A model generated the notes under the pieces. The model ran no database searches. It had not been told where the DNA came from and was given only the letters and a program-made list of their open reading frames with translations. The position numbers and the translations under genes are program-made. Below are positions 26,676 to 40,024 of a DNA stretch of 64,000 nt, in pieces (the stretch's first letter is position 1; each line of letters starts with the position of its first letter). Source of the DNA: Callorhinchus milii (Eukaryota); assembly GCF_018977255.1 (NCBI RefSeq), contig NW_024704742.1, positions 10,480,001-10,544,000 of the forward strand, written 5' to 3'.

Positions 26676-27407
26676 ACTACCCTCTCTGCCCTCCACCCCT
26701 CCTGATCCCAACCACCAGCTCGGGTGCGGATCCCTGACTATCCAACGCCTTGAGATGTTCTCCTGACTTGAAAGGCGCTATAGAAATGTAATTTGTTGTT
26801 GTTGTTGATGCTATCCACATAAATCTACCCACAAGAAAAGTGACCCTAGTGAGGTTGAAACTACAAAGGGAGTTCACTGATTTTGATAGCTCTTAAAGTG
26901 GTGTTTCAGGTAGTCACTGTACATTTAGCACAGTCATTGGAGGCTGGTGGTTTGATCGGAAGGAGCTGGCTGGTTTCCATTCTCGCTAGGAATGTGTGGA
27001 ATTGGATAAAGCTTTGCATGAGATCGGAGAACGTCGTAAGGCTGAAGGGAAATCCACCCATGTTGCATTCATCAAATTCCGTAAGGTTTTTGACTTAGAG
27101 CCAAAATTAAGCCCTCATGATAAAACTGGAAACCTTGGGAATACATGGCCACATCTTAGATTTTATCTGGATCTGTATTCCAGCTCCAACATCCGTATAA
27201 GCGTTGACAGTGGACTAACTCACTGACCCTCTTGAAAGGGAGGTAAGGCAATACTGTCCATTGTCACGCACCCCAGGGCTAGATTAGCCAACGGGCCAGG
27301 TAAGCCATGGCTTAGGGTCCTGAGTTCTGAGGGCAGCTTCCAATGTCTGAAGGACCACGGGTATGATTGATTCCTTTACTTCCCGATTGCACCTCTCTTC
27401 CTGTCGC

Positions 27408-27426
27408 TCTCCACTAGGAGGCAGCT
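27408..27426 (+). promoter_or_regulatory. Candidate CTCF site (TCTCCACTAGGAGGCAGCT)
   Basis: Good match to the CCACYAGRKGGCR core; motif match only. Confidence 0.35.
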
Positions 27427-27564
27427 CGCAGAGTGTTGGGAGAGCAATGGACCTGGAGGTAGGAGTCACAACATGTAGATCAGCAGTTAGAGCAGTCACC
27501 TTGCAAGCAAGAGGACCTGGGTTTGATTCCCGGCAGGGCGAAACGTTGGGCAAGTTTCCTTAGA

Positions 27565-28481
27565 ACAAACAGCAACAACAAAATTAAATTTATAGAGCGC
27601 CTTTCACGTCGGGAGGACTTCCCAAAGTGCTGAACTTTGGGACGTCCAAAGGTGTCGGAGCCTGAATATGGGGGAGGGGTAGGGTAGGGGTGAGGGAAGG
27701 CAGAGATGTGGGAGGGAGACCAAAGGCACGGTCGAAGAGAAGGGTCTTGAGGCCGGCCTTGAAGGAGGCAAGGTAGGAAGCGAGGCGAAGGGACCGTGGG
27801 ATGGAGTTCCAGTGTGGGGGCAGAGAGGCTGAAAGCCCGGCCACCGATGGTAGAGTGGGTCGGGAGGGAGACATGGAGCAGGCCGGAGCCCGATTAACAG
27901 AAGGAGCGGGCAGGTTGGTAGGGAGTCAGCGATCAGGTCAGAGAGGTAGGAGGGGGCAAGGCTATGGATGGTCTTCAAGGTGAGGATGAGGATCTTGAAC
28001 TCGATCCTCTGGGGGATGGAGAGCCAGTGGAGTTGGACAAGGGTGGGAATAATAGGGTCACGGAGTACATGAGCTGCAGAGTTTTGGATGATCTGCAGCT
28101 TGTGAAGGGAAGAGTTAGGAAGATCAATGAGGAGGGAGTTCCCGTAATGAAGCCTTGAGGTGACGAATGCGTGGGTGAGGGTTTCGGCAGCCTGAGGGGT
28201 GAGGCAGTGGTGGAGTCTGGCAATATTGCGGAGGTGGTGTTAGGCAGTGCCGGTCATGATGTGGATGTGGGGGAGAAAGGACAGTTCAGTGTCAAACAAG
28301 ATACCCAGGTTCCTGACTGGCTTAGTGAGGTTGAGTGTGCAGTCATGGAGGCTGATACTGTCAGCGCCTGAGGTGCGGAGGTGCTGGTCTGAGCCAATCA
28401 GGAGGGCCTTGGTCTTGCTGATGTTGAGTTGGAGAAAGTTGGCCCTCGTCCAGGACTTGATGTTGGACAGGCAGTCGGTCA
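27565..28481 (-). mobile_element. L2 LINE 3' fragment (about 0.9 kb), abutted by SINE pieces (27478-27562 +; 28482-28802 -)
   Basis: Minus-strand ORF text DCLSNIKSWTRANFLQLNISKTKALL...VRNLGILFD is typical of the L2 RT C-terminus. Confidence 0.9.
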
Positions 28482-30280
28482 CATAGCGCCTTATCATGTC
28501 TTCGAGACATCTCAAAGGCTTCACAGAATATACTGTAAAGTGAATTGACTGCATATTTTGTGGGCAAAACGCACAGCAGTGTTGCACAAACAGTTGTGGA
28601 TTGAAGTGACCAATTTTTTTTAAAGGAATTATTACCCTTGGAAAAGTGATCCACCAATAGACTAACAATCGGGTTCCTACGTACTCTTAGGTAGAGGTGT
28701 GTGGAGTAAGGCAACTTGCCCAACATTTTGTCTTGCTTGGGAATCGAACCCAAGTCTCTCGCTTGCCAGGTTAGTGCTCTAACCATTGAGCAACAGGACT
28801 CCAAACTTGTTCTGCAGGTGTTCTTAACATGACCAATAACAGTCTGTGAAGTTGAACGCTCGTTCTCAAGATGAGGCTCATCAAAAACTCACTCAGACCT
28901 ACAATGTTCCAGGATAGATTGAATTCATTTGCAATACTGTCTATTGAGCACTATTTGACAAGTACACTAAGTTTTGATCATGTCGTTGAATGAATGCATT
29001 TATGAAGTCGCGCAAGTAAGTATTTTAAAATTGTATTGTTGCAAATTTTGTGCGCATAGTTCAAATGGCCCCCACAAAACCCTTAATCTGGGCCTGACCC
29101 ACTCTATTTGATGTATTCATCAATGACGTATTGGTTGGCATCGAGGGGGACAGACTTGGTGAATCTGTTCCAGGCCTTTCTGACAGAAATGTCAGTTTGC
29201 AGGCCATAAACATGGCCAATAGTTAAATTGGTAACCAGTGTAATAGCTTTTTTTTTGGTCACATGCAGAAAACCATCACCGTGCTTAAGGGTATCCAAAC
29301 CAAGCTGAGAATTCCATGCATCCCACCTACACATGGAAATCCCAGAGATAGATTGTTGGAATGGAATGCGCACTCTCTCCCTGGAGGGATGCATCCTACT
29401 TACCTAATTCTGGACAGTATTAGGCAAGAGCCAAGGCTTAGGGACCCCAGAGTGTGCATTGGGGTACTGCTGGAGTCTAATCAGCTAAAATCACATAGGT
29501 TGCCATTGATATTGCTGTCCGGCAAACTTTCCCGCTGCTTGTCCAGCTAAGACCACACTATCCGTTAGGACTTTGGCATGCAGAGCTAACAGGAGCTGAG
29601 TGGGATGATTCCCTTCCCCCAGTGACTGGTCTGCCCTTCCAGGTCCTGCCAATGAGCCATCTGCAGATCTGCCTGGCTCTGGAACCGGACTACAGAGATC
29701 ACCACAGAGGGCTGGCTCGATTCAGACATACTAAGTGAACTGAAATCAACCCAACTTCAATAATGCATCATCCAATAATGCAGACATAGGTCAGCAATAG
29801 TGCTCTGCGAGGGCTGATTAAGGCCACTGGGGTAACCTTGCACAATTAACAGAGATAGAGAAAGGGCCTTTGTGTTGAAGAGAAATGCTTGTCTTGCTAG
29901 GACCACCCTCTCCGTTAAGGTTTTGAATTGCAGAGTTAACAGGAGCTGAGTGCAATAGCTCTTTCGCTATCGATTTGCTAAAGTTTTAGTGGAATTACTT
30001 CTTTCTGCCACTGGAGAGCTGTCCTACCTTTCCTGCTCTACCAGGCTATGGAGTTGACAAGATCGAAAACTATGAAAATGAGAATTACATAAAATGTTTG
30101 ATTGTATTTGCCCCTTCTTTTTTGCCAGTGAAATAAATATGTCGTTTTCATCCTGCACATGAAAAACATTATATTTCAGTAGCACAAAAGAAGACTAAAA
30201 GACTAGATGAATTGATATCACGGGTAAAATTATATAGAACTGGGTGACTGAGGTCCAAATTGAAATGGTTTATAATAAAT

Positions 30281-30592
30281 ATAATAATCCTTGCATTTGA
30301 TATAGCGCTTTTCACATTTTCTCGACATCTCAAAGGGCTTCACAGAATAGACTGTAAAGTGAATTGACCTTATATTTGTGGGCGAAACACGGCAGCCAAT
30401 TTTGCACAGCAGTGTCCCACAAACAGTCGTGGATTGAAAATGACCAATTTATTATTGTTTTATTTTGGAGGGATTATTATTAGGTGTGTGGAGTAAGGAA
30501 ACTTGCCCAAGGTTTCGCCCTCTGCCTGGAATTGAACCCAGGTGTCTCGCTTGCAAAGCGAGTGCTCTAACCACTGGGCTACACGACTCCAC
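30281..30592 (-). mobile_element. Full-length Deu-type SINE, short subfamily
   Basis: Reverse-complement head-to-tail copy. Confidence 0.9.
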
Positions 30593-30829
30593 ATTGTGCT
30601 ACAGGACTTTACAAGTCTGTAGTCGTTTTTTTGCATCTCAGCTGTTTTTATTTTGAGGTGGCAACGGGCATTTATTTATTGCGTCTCAGAGGTGACAACC
30701 CTAGGAGAGGATTGCTGTTCTTCACAGTTTAAGGGATCATTGTTGTCATCAATAAACATTTGCCAAATATTCATGTGATGAGAATAGTGTCGCACGTCAC
30801 TTTCCTCCCATTAAAGTCAAAATAGTGAC

Positions 30830-31050
30830 ATAGAATCAGAATTATGCAGCACAGAAAGAAGACATTTGGCCCATCGTATCTGTGCTGGCTCTTTGAAAGA
30901 CTTATCCAAACTAATCCCACTCCCTTACTCTCTCCCCATAGCCCTGCAAACTTGAACTCCCCAAATATCTATCTACTTCGCTCTTGAAAGTTGTTATTGA
31001 ATCAGCTTCCACCAAACTTTCAGGCAGTGCATTCCAGATCCGAACAACTG
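30830..31050 (-). mobile_element. CR1 3' fragment
   Basis: ORF 30911- VVRIWNALPESLVEADSITTFKSEVDRYL. Confidence 0.85.
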
Positions 31051-31219
31051 GCTGTGTGGATGTTGATAGGTTTGTCATCGTGACATTTTTGTGAACGAAT
31101 CTCAAAAGAGGAATTTTCCTAATGCTTTTGGCATAATAATGGTGATCCTTTTTACACCATGCAATCTTTCAGAGCATGGTTTTGTAATCCCTGACCCCCA
31201 CTGGAATGCTTAATTTCAG

Positions 31220-31363
31220 GGTTTAATGTTTGGATACGCCACAGACGAGACTGAGGAATCCATGCCGTTGACCATTTTGCTCGCTCACAAGCTAAATGCA
31301 AAGATAAGGGAACTGGAGAGGAGTGGAATACTACTTTGGGTTATGCCTGATTGTAAAACGCAG
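31220..31363 (+). CDS. mat2al: MAT exon 5 ([48 protein letters not shown])
   Basis: 144 nt, tttcag| ... |gtaagt. Confidence 0.94.
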
Positions 31364-32652
31364 GTAAGTACAGTTAAATAAAACAAGGTTCAGGATAAGG
31401 CTAGTCAAGATATTTGCGCATAACCCGATATCAAAGTTTACAAACATAGAGAATGAGGTGATGGGCCACCTTCTCCCCAGTGGATCACAGCTTTGAACCT
31501 CGTGCTACATGTCAAGAAAGAGCAGAGATATGGAAATAGTAGTCAGCATCCAGGTCAATGTAGACAAAACATTGGCTGGTGATCTGGTGATATCATTGTA
31601 CCACCACCAGCCCTCCCCAACCCACCACACACACACACACATACGCTAAGCATTTGTGATACCAAGATATCAAACTACATAAATGATAATGTTCATTTAT
31701 GGGGAGGATTGTCTGGACAAGATTCCCAACAGGTCTCACGGATAGGAAATATAGGAAATGATCATAATAATCTTGCATTTGATACAGCGTCTGACCACAT
31801 CTCCGAGATGTCTCAAAGCACTTCACAAAATATACTGTAAAGCGTAGTGACTATATTTTGCGGGTAAAACACAGCAGCCAATCGTGCAGAACAATGTCCC
31901 ACAAACAGCCATGGATTGAGTGACCACATTATTATTAATGTTGGTTTTCGAAGGGATTCTTTTGAATCCTTACAACAATTTACAACAGAATGAGCGGACT
32001 GTCATATTGATCAATCAATTATCAACCAAGCTTTCCAGGGCACAGAAAGGTAAACCTTCTTCTGGTATAAAGAAAGAAGCTGCCCCACTCCCCTTCCCCC
32101 ACCCCCCACATCCAAGGCTACTGTTTACCAGCAATAAGTAGGAACCTGATAGTTAGTCATTTGGGGTAATAATCCCTTCAAAAAAAATTGGGTTACTCAA
32201 TTCACAACTGTTTGTGGGACACTGATATGCACAATTTGCTGCTGAGTTTTGCCCACAAAACATACAGTCAATTAGCTTTACAGCATGTTCTGTAAAGCGC
32301 TTTGAGACATCTCAACAACGTGATAAGGCTTTATATTAAATGCAAGGATTATTATTATTTTTATTGTAACCGTAAAAAGATCCACGCTTGGATTCTAACC
32401 CTATAACTGCTCAAACCAAGGCCATTGTGTTACTGATATAATACCAAGAAAACGACCTCCCAGTGAGAATAAACTCTGCAGCAGTTTAAATAGGAAAAGG
32501 CTGAGCAGCAGTGACTGTACTGAGGCACTCAGCCAACACCATTAGTAACAGCTCTTCAGACATTAGGCCATGAGACTGGTGTAGCAGCACCTGGAAAGGA
32601 GGATATATAGCACAGTGACAGTGAAATGAACGTTACATGTCAAATTTTGCAG

Positions 32653-32871
32653 GTGACTGTGGAGTACAAGGACAGCAACGGTGCCATGGAACCCCTGCGT
32701 GTCCACACTGTGGTCATCTCCGTCCAGCACAAGCCCAGTACCCCACTCGAGCAGATACAGCAAGACCTCAGAGAAAAAGTTATCAAGGAAGTTATTCCTA
32801 CAAAGTATCTCGACAGCAGGACAGTTTATCACCTGCAGCCCAGTGGGCGATTTGTCCACGGTGGACCACAG
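32653..32871 (+). CDS. mat2al: MAT exon 6 ([26 protein letters not shown]...[15 protein letters not shown])
   Basis: 219 nt, ttgcag| ... |gtaact; lies within ORF 32626..32883. Confidence 0.95.
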
Positions 32872-32979
32872 GTAACTAAGTAAAAATAGCTTTACAGTGG
32901 AACCCTGATCATCCACCAGAAGGCACTGCGTTAAGCTGGATCCTATAGGTGTGTTTCACTACAGTGCACGTGTTGATAG

Positions 32980-33395
32980 TGGTTCATTGGTTTATCTGCT
33001 TCTTCGATTTCAAAATCCTCTCACTCGTGTTCAAATCACTTCTTGGCCTGGCACCTCCCTACCTCTCCAACCTGCTTATCCCCCCTACTCCACCAACCAC
33101 TGCCTGCGCTCAGCTAGCTCCGGCCTCCTGTTCGTACCTCGTGCCCTCCGCTCCACTATTGGTAGCTGTACCTTCAACCACTGCACGCTGGATCTCTCTC
33201 CCTCATTCCCTTTGCCTTGCGCCCTCCCTCCACACCTTCAAATCCCACATAAAGCAACCTTTTTTTGCTACCTTTTTGCTCGTACTTGCGGTCACTTCCG
33301 CCAGGCCCGGGGTCAAATTCTGCCACTGTGAAGTGCTCCGGGATGCTATCCCCGCGTGAAAGGCGCCATTTAAATGCAAGTTATTGTTGTTGTCG
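32980..33395 (+). mobile_element. L2 3' fragment
   Basis: DFKILSLVFKSLLGLAPPYLSNLL; (ttg)n tail. Confidence 0.85.
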
Positions 33396-34599
33396 ATTTA
33401 GGCTTGGTGATGTAACACTAAGTTAGAATTATAAAGCTATACCTTGACATATAGAAGAAAGTGAACCTGCATATAACCAAATCCAGGGCAAAGTCCTAGA
33501 ACTCATCCATCACTTTCTTAGTAAATAGGAAAATATTGAGTTCAACATTTAATAGTGTCTTACTCTGGGATATGCATTTATATATGGATTTAAATATATT
33601 CAAACGTACTTACTTCCCTTCGCCTCGCTCCCACCCTTGCCTCCTTCAAGGTGCTTCTAAAACCCTCCTCTTTGACTGAGCCTTCGGCCCTCCGCCTCCC
33701 TGATCCCAACCCACTGGACTGCCCAGCGCCTTGGGACGTTCCCCTGACGTGAAAGGTGCTATACAAATGTAATTTTGTATTGTATTGGGATGAAAGGACT
33801 TAGGAGGTACATTGATTTGCAATAGTCAGTTTTGTGCTCTGCATATCAAAAGCAGCAGAAATTGAGAAAGACAGAACAGTATTGTCATTTAGATGAAAGA
33901 GGCAGCAGTGAGCTGAACTAACTTTGAGAACTACAGCCGCATTCTGCACGAAAATAGAACGAACGGTTTAGAAACAATTTTTTAACAATATGCACTAATA
34001 TGGCCCTTTTCACATAAGGCAACGTCGCAAAGCGCTTTATAGAGATGGAGTATAAAATTGGAAAAACAGCTTTGAGGTTCACCTGGCTAAAGACTTTGCT
34101 TTTAAAAAATTATATACTGTCTCACATGCCCACAACATACAGTCAATTCACTTTACAGTATTTTCTGTGAAGCGCTTTGAGACGCCTTGAAGATGTGATA
34201 AGATGCTATATCAAATACAAGAATTATTATTATTTATATTATACATAATTCACTTCACAATATTGACCATATTAAACCCATTAAGTGGGAGGGAAGCAAA
34301 GGAAGAGAACACCAGCTTGCGTTCAGAGTTGCTAACAGGGATTCTTGCCAGAAACAGCCAATATACTTTGTCCAACTCACAGGATATTGCTCCGAAAACT
34401 TGAACTCTATTCTGGTTCTTGTCAATCTCCCGTGAGCAACCGTATAAATCAACAGGATTCCTTCATTGGCAATTCTGAGAAACTAGCAATGACTCATGTT
34501 ACAAATCATTGCTTTTCAACCTTATGAGGGTTTAGTAGACTTTGCAATGTGGAATGCTTCAATAAGCTGACCCCTGAACCTTCTTAGCTCTGGCATGAG

Positions 34600-35220
34600 C
34601 ATTTGCACTGTTTCAGACCTCTCCCCACGGACCTGACCATGTCCCACTAAACTGCAATTTGTCTTGGTATGGGGCTTGGCTGCCACTCCTGACCTGAGCT
34701 CCCCATCTCCTGTCCCTCCACTGGCCTCCCATCTGCTCTCCTTTCCTCAGTCACCATGCCCCAGTTTGCGACATTAACCCACCTCTTGCTCACTCCTCTA
34801 GCTTCTCTATTGCTCTCCTTGTTTCTCTATTGTACCCTCTCATGGCTTCTCTCTGCTCCAGTCTGCTCCCTCCACCATGCTCACCATGGCACCCGCCAAT
34901 GGCCTGCTCAGAGAAGCCATCCTGACTTCCCAATTCACTTAATCTTACTGCAAGTGCCACCTGTCTTGCCCCTTGGGAACAAATCTCATCTCGCTCATCC
35001 ACATCCCTGCCTTTCCCAATCAGTCCTCCCCATCCCCCATGCAAACTGCTCAGTTATCTCTGCTCTACCCATTCACCTCCAAGACACCAGCAAAGTTCCC
35101 TCCACATCCACAGTCTCATCCTGGACAAAGACAGACATTGTTAGCCTCATTGAAACCTGCCTCATGCCTGACGACACCTTCCCTCTCAGATGCTGCCCCA
35201 CCATATTGTTCACTATAGCC
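34600..35220 (+). mobile_element. Degraded L2 segment near the endonuclease N-terminus
   Basis: C-rich; DIVSLIETCL resembles the DILALTETWL motif of APE endonucleases. Confidence 0.5.
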
Positions 35221-35316
35221 CTTGCATCTGCCCAAATCAGTCTACAGGAGTATGGGGAAAAGGCAGGGAAATGGGACTGAAGAGATTACTGTTAAAAGAG
35301 CCAGCACAGACACAAT

Positions 35317-35648
35317 AATAATAATAATAATAATAATCCTTGCATTTGATATAGCGCTTTTCACGTCGGGAGGACGTCCCAAAGCGCTTCACAGAACAAA
35401 CTGTAAAGTGAATTGACTGTATATTTGTGGGCGAACGCGGCAGCCAATTGCGCACAGCAATGTCCCACAAACAGTCGTAGATTGAAAATGACCAATTTTT
35501 TAATTATTGTTTTTTTTTTTTTGGAGGGATTATTATTAGGCGTGTGGAGTAAGGAAACTTGCCCAAGGTTTCGCCCTCTGCCTGGAATTGAACTCAGGTC
35601 TCTCACTTGCAAAGCGAGTGCTCTAACCACTGAGCTACAGGACTCCAC
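35317..35648 (-). mobile_element. Full-length, very young Deu-type SINE inserted in a CR1 tail, with a CACAAT target-site duplication
   Basis: gagccagcacagaCACAAT ... ctcCACAATgggctgaatgg restores the CR1 tail when the SINE is removed. Confidence 0.92.
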
Positions 35649-36194
35649 AATGGGCTGAATGGTGTTTCAGGCCTGCAAATTTCTATGGTTCTATCCTCTT
35701 ATTCCTCTGGTATTTTCTCTTTTGAGCATCTCATGCTCTACCATCCTTCTAATCTCCCTCAACATCTAGATTGTCTCCCAGTTTCCCAAGCTTCCCTGCA
35801 GGTTTCTCCCTGACATTTATCTTCCCTCAACTTCTGTTCCGAATGCCTCATCACCTTGGGTCTCACCCAAAGGCTAGTGGAAATCTGGATCCATTCCCAT
35901 CTTTAAGACGGAGGTGGATAGATATTCGTTAGGTCAGGGTATTAAGGATATGGGGCAAGGGCTTCACCAATGCCAAGATGCCCTTACAGTAACAACTTGC
36001 ACTTAATATAATGCATTGGCCAAAATAGTAAATGGTTCTCCAGGTAGGGCCAGACAATGCCCTGTATTAGTATGGCTTCCTGTGACGTGTGCTCTAAACT
36101 TTAACAATGCACACAGAGATCCCATTTGCTTTCTTTACTGCTGTTGCCCGCTGTGCTAAAGGTTTCAGGCATCTATCTGACAGTGCTCCCAAAT

Positions 36195-36512
36195 CCGAGT
36201 TGTTCGCATCTGGAATGCACTGCCTGAAAGGGAGGTGGAAGCAAATTTGATAACAACTTTCAAGAGAGAAGTGGGTAGATATTTGGGGAGGACAAATTTG
36301 CAAGGGAGAGAGCGGGAGAGTGGGATAGCTCTTTCAAAGAGGCGGCGTCCATTCTATTCTTCTGTTCTACTCCGCGCTGTCCATGATTACAGAATGGTTT
36401 CAATTGAGAAGCTCAAATTTTTGAGAGCTGAACCCTCTGCCATTGCTCGAAGGGTTAAGAACACGATGGGCCGAATGGCCTCCTTCGGTGCTGTGTAATT
36501 CTATGTTTCCAT
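36195..36512 (+). mobile_element. CR1 3' fragment interrupted by a 116 bp copy (36347-36462) of 36983-37098
   Basis: CR1 tail reads ctttcaaagaggcggc | insert | acgatgggccgaatggcc. Confidence 0.85.
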
Positions 36513-36982
36513 GAATCCCTCTTGGATCATATGGGCTACCACTGTCTTTTTTCCTTCCCGACTCTCACCCTCTGCATTTCTGCTTGTCAAATGGCAATTG
36601 CCACTAGTTAGTCAGGCCGGCTCCCCAATCTATTCAGAAATACTGGAAATGAAGAACAAATCAGCCCAGTCTAATCCTGTCCTCATCCAGTGTCCATATT
36701 CATAGACATCCAGCAGGGGTCACTGCATACCTATCAAAAGCAGAGACCTTCACTAATTTTTCCCTAACTCAGTTCCCAAAGAGTCATACTCACACTAAGC
36801 CCCTGTCACTCGCTCTCTCTCTCTCTCTTTCAGATTGTAATTGCTGCCCTCTCCATTTCCAACATTTTCTGGCTTTATTTCAGATTTCCAGGATCAGCTG
36901 ATTTTTCTTATTCTCTCTAATTCTCCCAACTAACAAATCATTTAGCTTAAAATGATATTATAAAGTGAGGAATTTTCCGCGG

Positions 36983-37098
36983 GTCCATTCTATTCTTCTG
37001 TTATACTCCGCGCTGTCCATGATTACAGAATGGTTTCAATTGAGAAGCTCAAATTCTTGAGAGCTGAACCCTCTGCCATTGCTCAACGGGTTAAGAAC
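36983..37098. repeat. Donor sequence of a 116 bp direct duplication
   Basis: Near-identical to 36347-36462 (about 4 differences by eye). Confidence 0.9.
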
Positions 37099-38848
37099 CA
37101 TTTCCTTTCATGTTGATTTATTTTGATTTATTGATTTATTTCACACTCCGCCCTTGTGTGTAATATTACTGTTTTAGTGGAAATACAGCGTTTTTAGGTT
37201 AAAAGAATACAAAAAGATAAAATAGAATGAATATCAAAGGAATTGCCTGTTCAAGGCATGAATCAATATGAGCCTTCTGAATTATTTAGAATACTGTAGT
37301 TCTGTTTAGCATTACTTTTAACACACAGCATAAGGGAACATTTGAAATCACAGCTCACAAGCTGTGAGGGAATCATTCCAGTCAAATGTTCCATTTTCTT
37401 CCTCTCCTTCGCATCTTCCTCTTTTTCTCCCATCCACATCTTCAAATTTGTTTACTCCCCAGTTTCTAAAGAACTGCTGGGAATTTGGCTCCTATCAGCT
37501 GGCTCCAGCCTCCTGTTCGTACCCCGTACCCTACGCTCCACCATTGGTGGCAGTGCCGTCAGCCACTACGCCCCGAAACTCCGGAACTCTCTCCCTCAAT
37601 CCCTCCACCTTGCCCCCTTCCCCCACCTTCAAATCCCGCCTAAAGACCTTCCTTTTTGATCGTGCTTGCCGTCACCTCCCTCCTTTCCCTTCCCTTGGCT
37701 CATTGTCACACTCCGCTACTGTCAAGCGCTCCAGTATGCTACTGCACATGAAGGGCTTTATATAAATGCAAGTTGAAACTGTTTCCCAAAACCTTACTGT
37801 GCCTTTGTTAAGGTCTTTGGTTTGATCTTTAGTCTTTACTAGAGATCAAACCAGGCTGGTGTAATGATAATGATGCTACAATTGACCTCAAGACTGATGA
37901 GTTGGGGAGGAGGGGAAGGGGGAATGTTCTGCTTTATTTTGATGCTAGGCTGTTCTCATTTACCTTCTATTAAACCAAGTTAGACTGAATCCTGTTCCTC
38001 AAATGAGAAGGTAGGTTGTCCCCCAGACAACCAATTTCCTCCCCAAATCTGCATCCCAAATCATCAAATGACAATAAGGACCCAATTCCTTACTCACGAC
38101 CACTTGACCAAGTCAAGTGGCTGGATGGCCTCCCTGGCCTGGGCAAGCCTGGTCTCACCCTGGTGATCAAGGGCTCAGGTTAGAGTCATATTCCAGTTTC
38201 TCCACACCTCTTTGAAAGCAGATCAAGACCCTCTGACATCCCAAACCAACAGAGGACCGAAGGCTTAGTATTCCTGGCAGTAGCTCTGCACCACACAGAT
38301 AAACCATGGGGCAGTTCAGATCGAGGTACATCTATATCCCATATCCTTATATGGTATCTGAACTTCTGTCAGGCATTATCAAGTGCACAGCCCAAGGAGC
38401 AACTGTTAACAACAGATGGCCTACACTTAATCTTCCATTTTGATTGTGCTTACAGTCACCTTCCCACTCCCTCCCCCTGGCTTGGGGTCCACCACTATCA
38501 AGCACTCTGGGATGCCATCCCGTGTGAAAGACTTATATAAATGTAAATTGTTGTTTTGTAATCTTAGCTAAAAGGGCAACTTATCACACTCCAGTGTTCA
38601 CAGGTACAAACTGCTGATAAGGTTGAGCTGAACTGGAATATCTGTGTCTTCCTTCCCATGACCCCTCCAGCTGTAAATAGTCGGTTGGCACTCACTATCC
38701 TCTATCCTAAGCATACACATGAAGAATTGTCACTTGGCCAGCAGACCTGCCAATGAATATAGAACTGGAGCAAAGCAAGAGTTTCTGATCCTCGGGCGAG
38801 GAGGAGGAGAGAAGAGTAAGGAAAGTCTAACTCTTGCCTCTTTTCAAG

Positions 38849-39031
38849 GGTGATGCAGGGCTCACAGGACGGAAGATCATCGTTGACACTTATGGAGGAT
38901 GGGGTGCTCACGGTGGGGGTGCTTTTTCTGGGAAGGACTTTTCCAAAGTTGATCGCTCTGCTGCCTATGCTGCACGCTGGGTGGCAAAATCCTTGGTAAA
39001 GGCTGGGCTGTGCAGGAGAGTTTTAATTCAG
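38849..39031 (+). CDS. mat2al: MAT exon 7 ([61 protein letters not shown])
   Basis: 183 nt, ttcaag| ... |gtaagc; GGGAFSGKD signature. Confidence 0.96.
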
Positions 39032-39864
39032 GTAAGCCTGTTTGTGCTTATAACAAACAAGAAGTTGCAAGATTATTATAATGATCCCTGCATTTGATAT
39101 AGTGCTTTATCATGCTGTCGAGACATCTCAGAGTGCTTTACATCATCGACTGTTAAGTGTAGTGAATGGAGGCGAATGTGCATCCGATTTGCACACAGCC
39201 ATGTTCCACAAACAGCTATGAAGTCAATGACCAATTTTATTTGGGGTCTTGATGGCCAAGACATCAGGAGAAACTCCCTTTTGTTTTCAAATAGTGCTAT
39301 GGGATCTTTAATGTCTACTTGAACAGGCAGATGGGGCATCAGTTTAACATGTCATCTGAAGGTCAGCAGCTCCATCTATGCAGAACTCCCCCAGCATGTC
39401 AGCCGTGACTGAGTTCAATATTCACAACGTGGCCAATTCACTCAGAGCCAACAGTACTACCAACTGAGCCATTGTGAGATGTTTCGATGCAATGAGGTGC
39501 TTTAAAACAACAAATTACACTTGTATAGCATCCTTTATACTGGAAAGACGTCCCAGGGTGCTGGACAGTCAGGAGTTTTGGACCCGAGCTGGGAGGGGTG
39601 CAGGACAGGGGGGATGGGGGTGGGAGGGTGGCTGAAGGTACAGTTGAAGAGGAAGGTCTTTAGACAGGACTTGAAGGAGGCAAGAGAGGGGATAAGGTGG
39701 AGGGATTGCGGGATAGAGTTCCAGAGTGTGAGGGCTGAGAAGCTGAACGGTAGGATGCAAGCTATAAGAATGCAAATTCTCTCTTTTACCATATCCAGAA
39801 AGAAACAAAACATAATGCAAGTAGACCTCAGTTAAAAAAAATCACTGTTTTATTCTTCTATTAG

Positions 39865-39998
39865 TTATCGTATGCAATTGGCATCAGCTACCCGCTGTCG
39901 ATCTCGATCTTCCATTACGGGACCTCAACCAAATCAGAATACGAGTTGCTGGAGATTGTGAACACCAACTTTGATCTGCGCCCCGGAGTCATTGTCAG
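39865..39998 (+). CDS. mat2al: MAT exon 8 (LSYAIGISYPLSISIFHYGTSTKSEYELLEIVNTNFDLRPGVIV)
   Basis: 134 nt, tattag| ... |gtttgt. Confidence 0.94.
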
Positions 39999-40024
39999 GT
40001 TTGTCTCATTCACTACTTGGCGCG

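Noticed and set aside
34756..35280. 174 aa ORF in MAT intron 6
   Set aside because: Low-complexity, degraded L2 and CR1 sequence.
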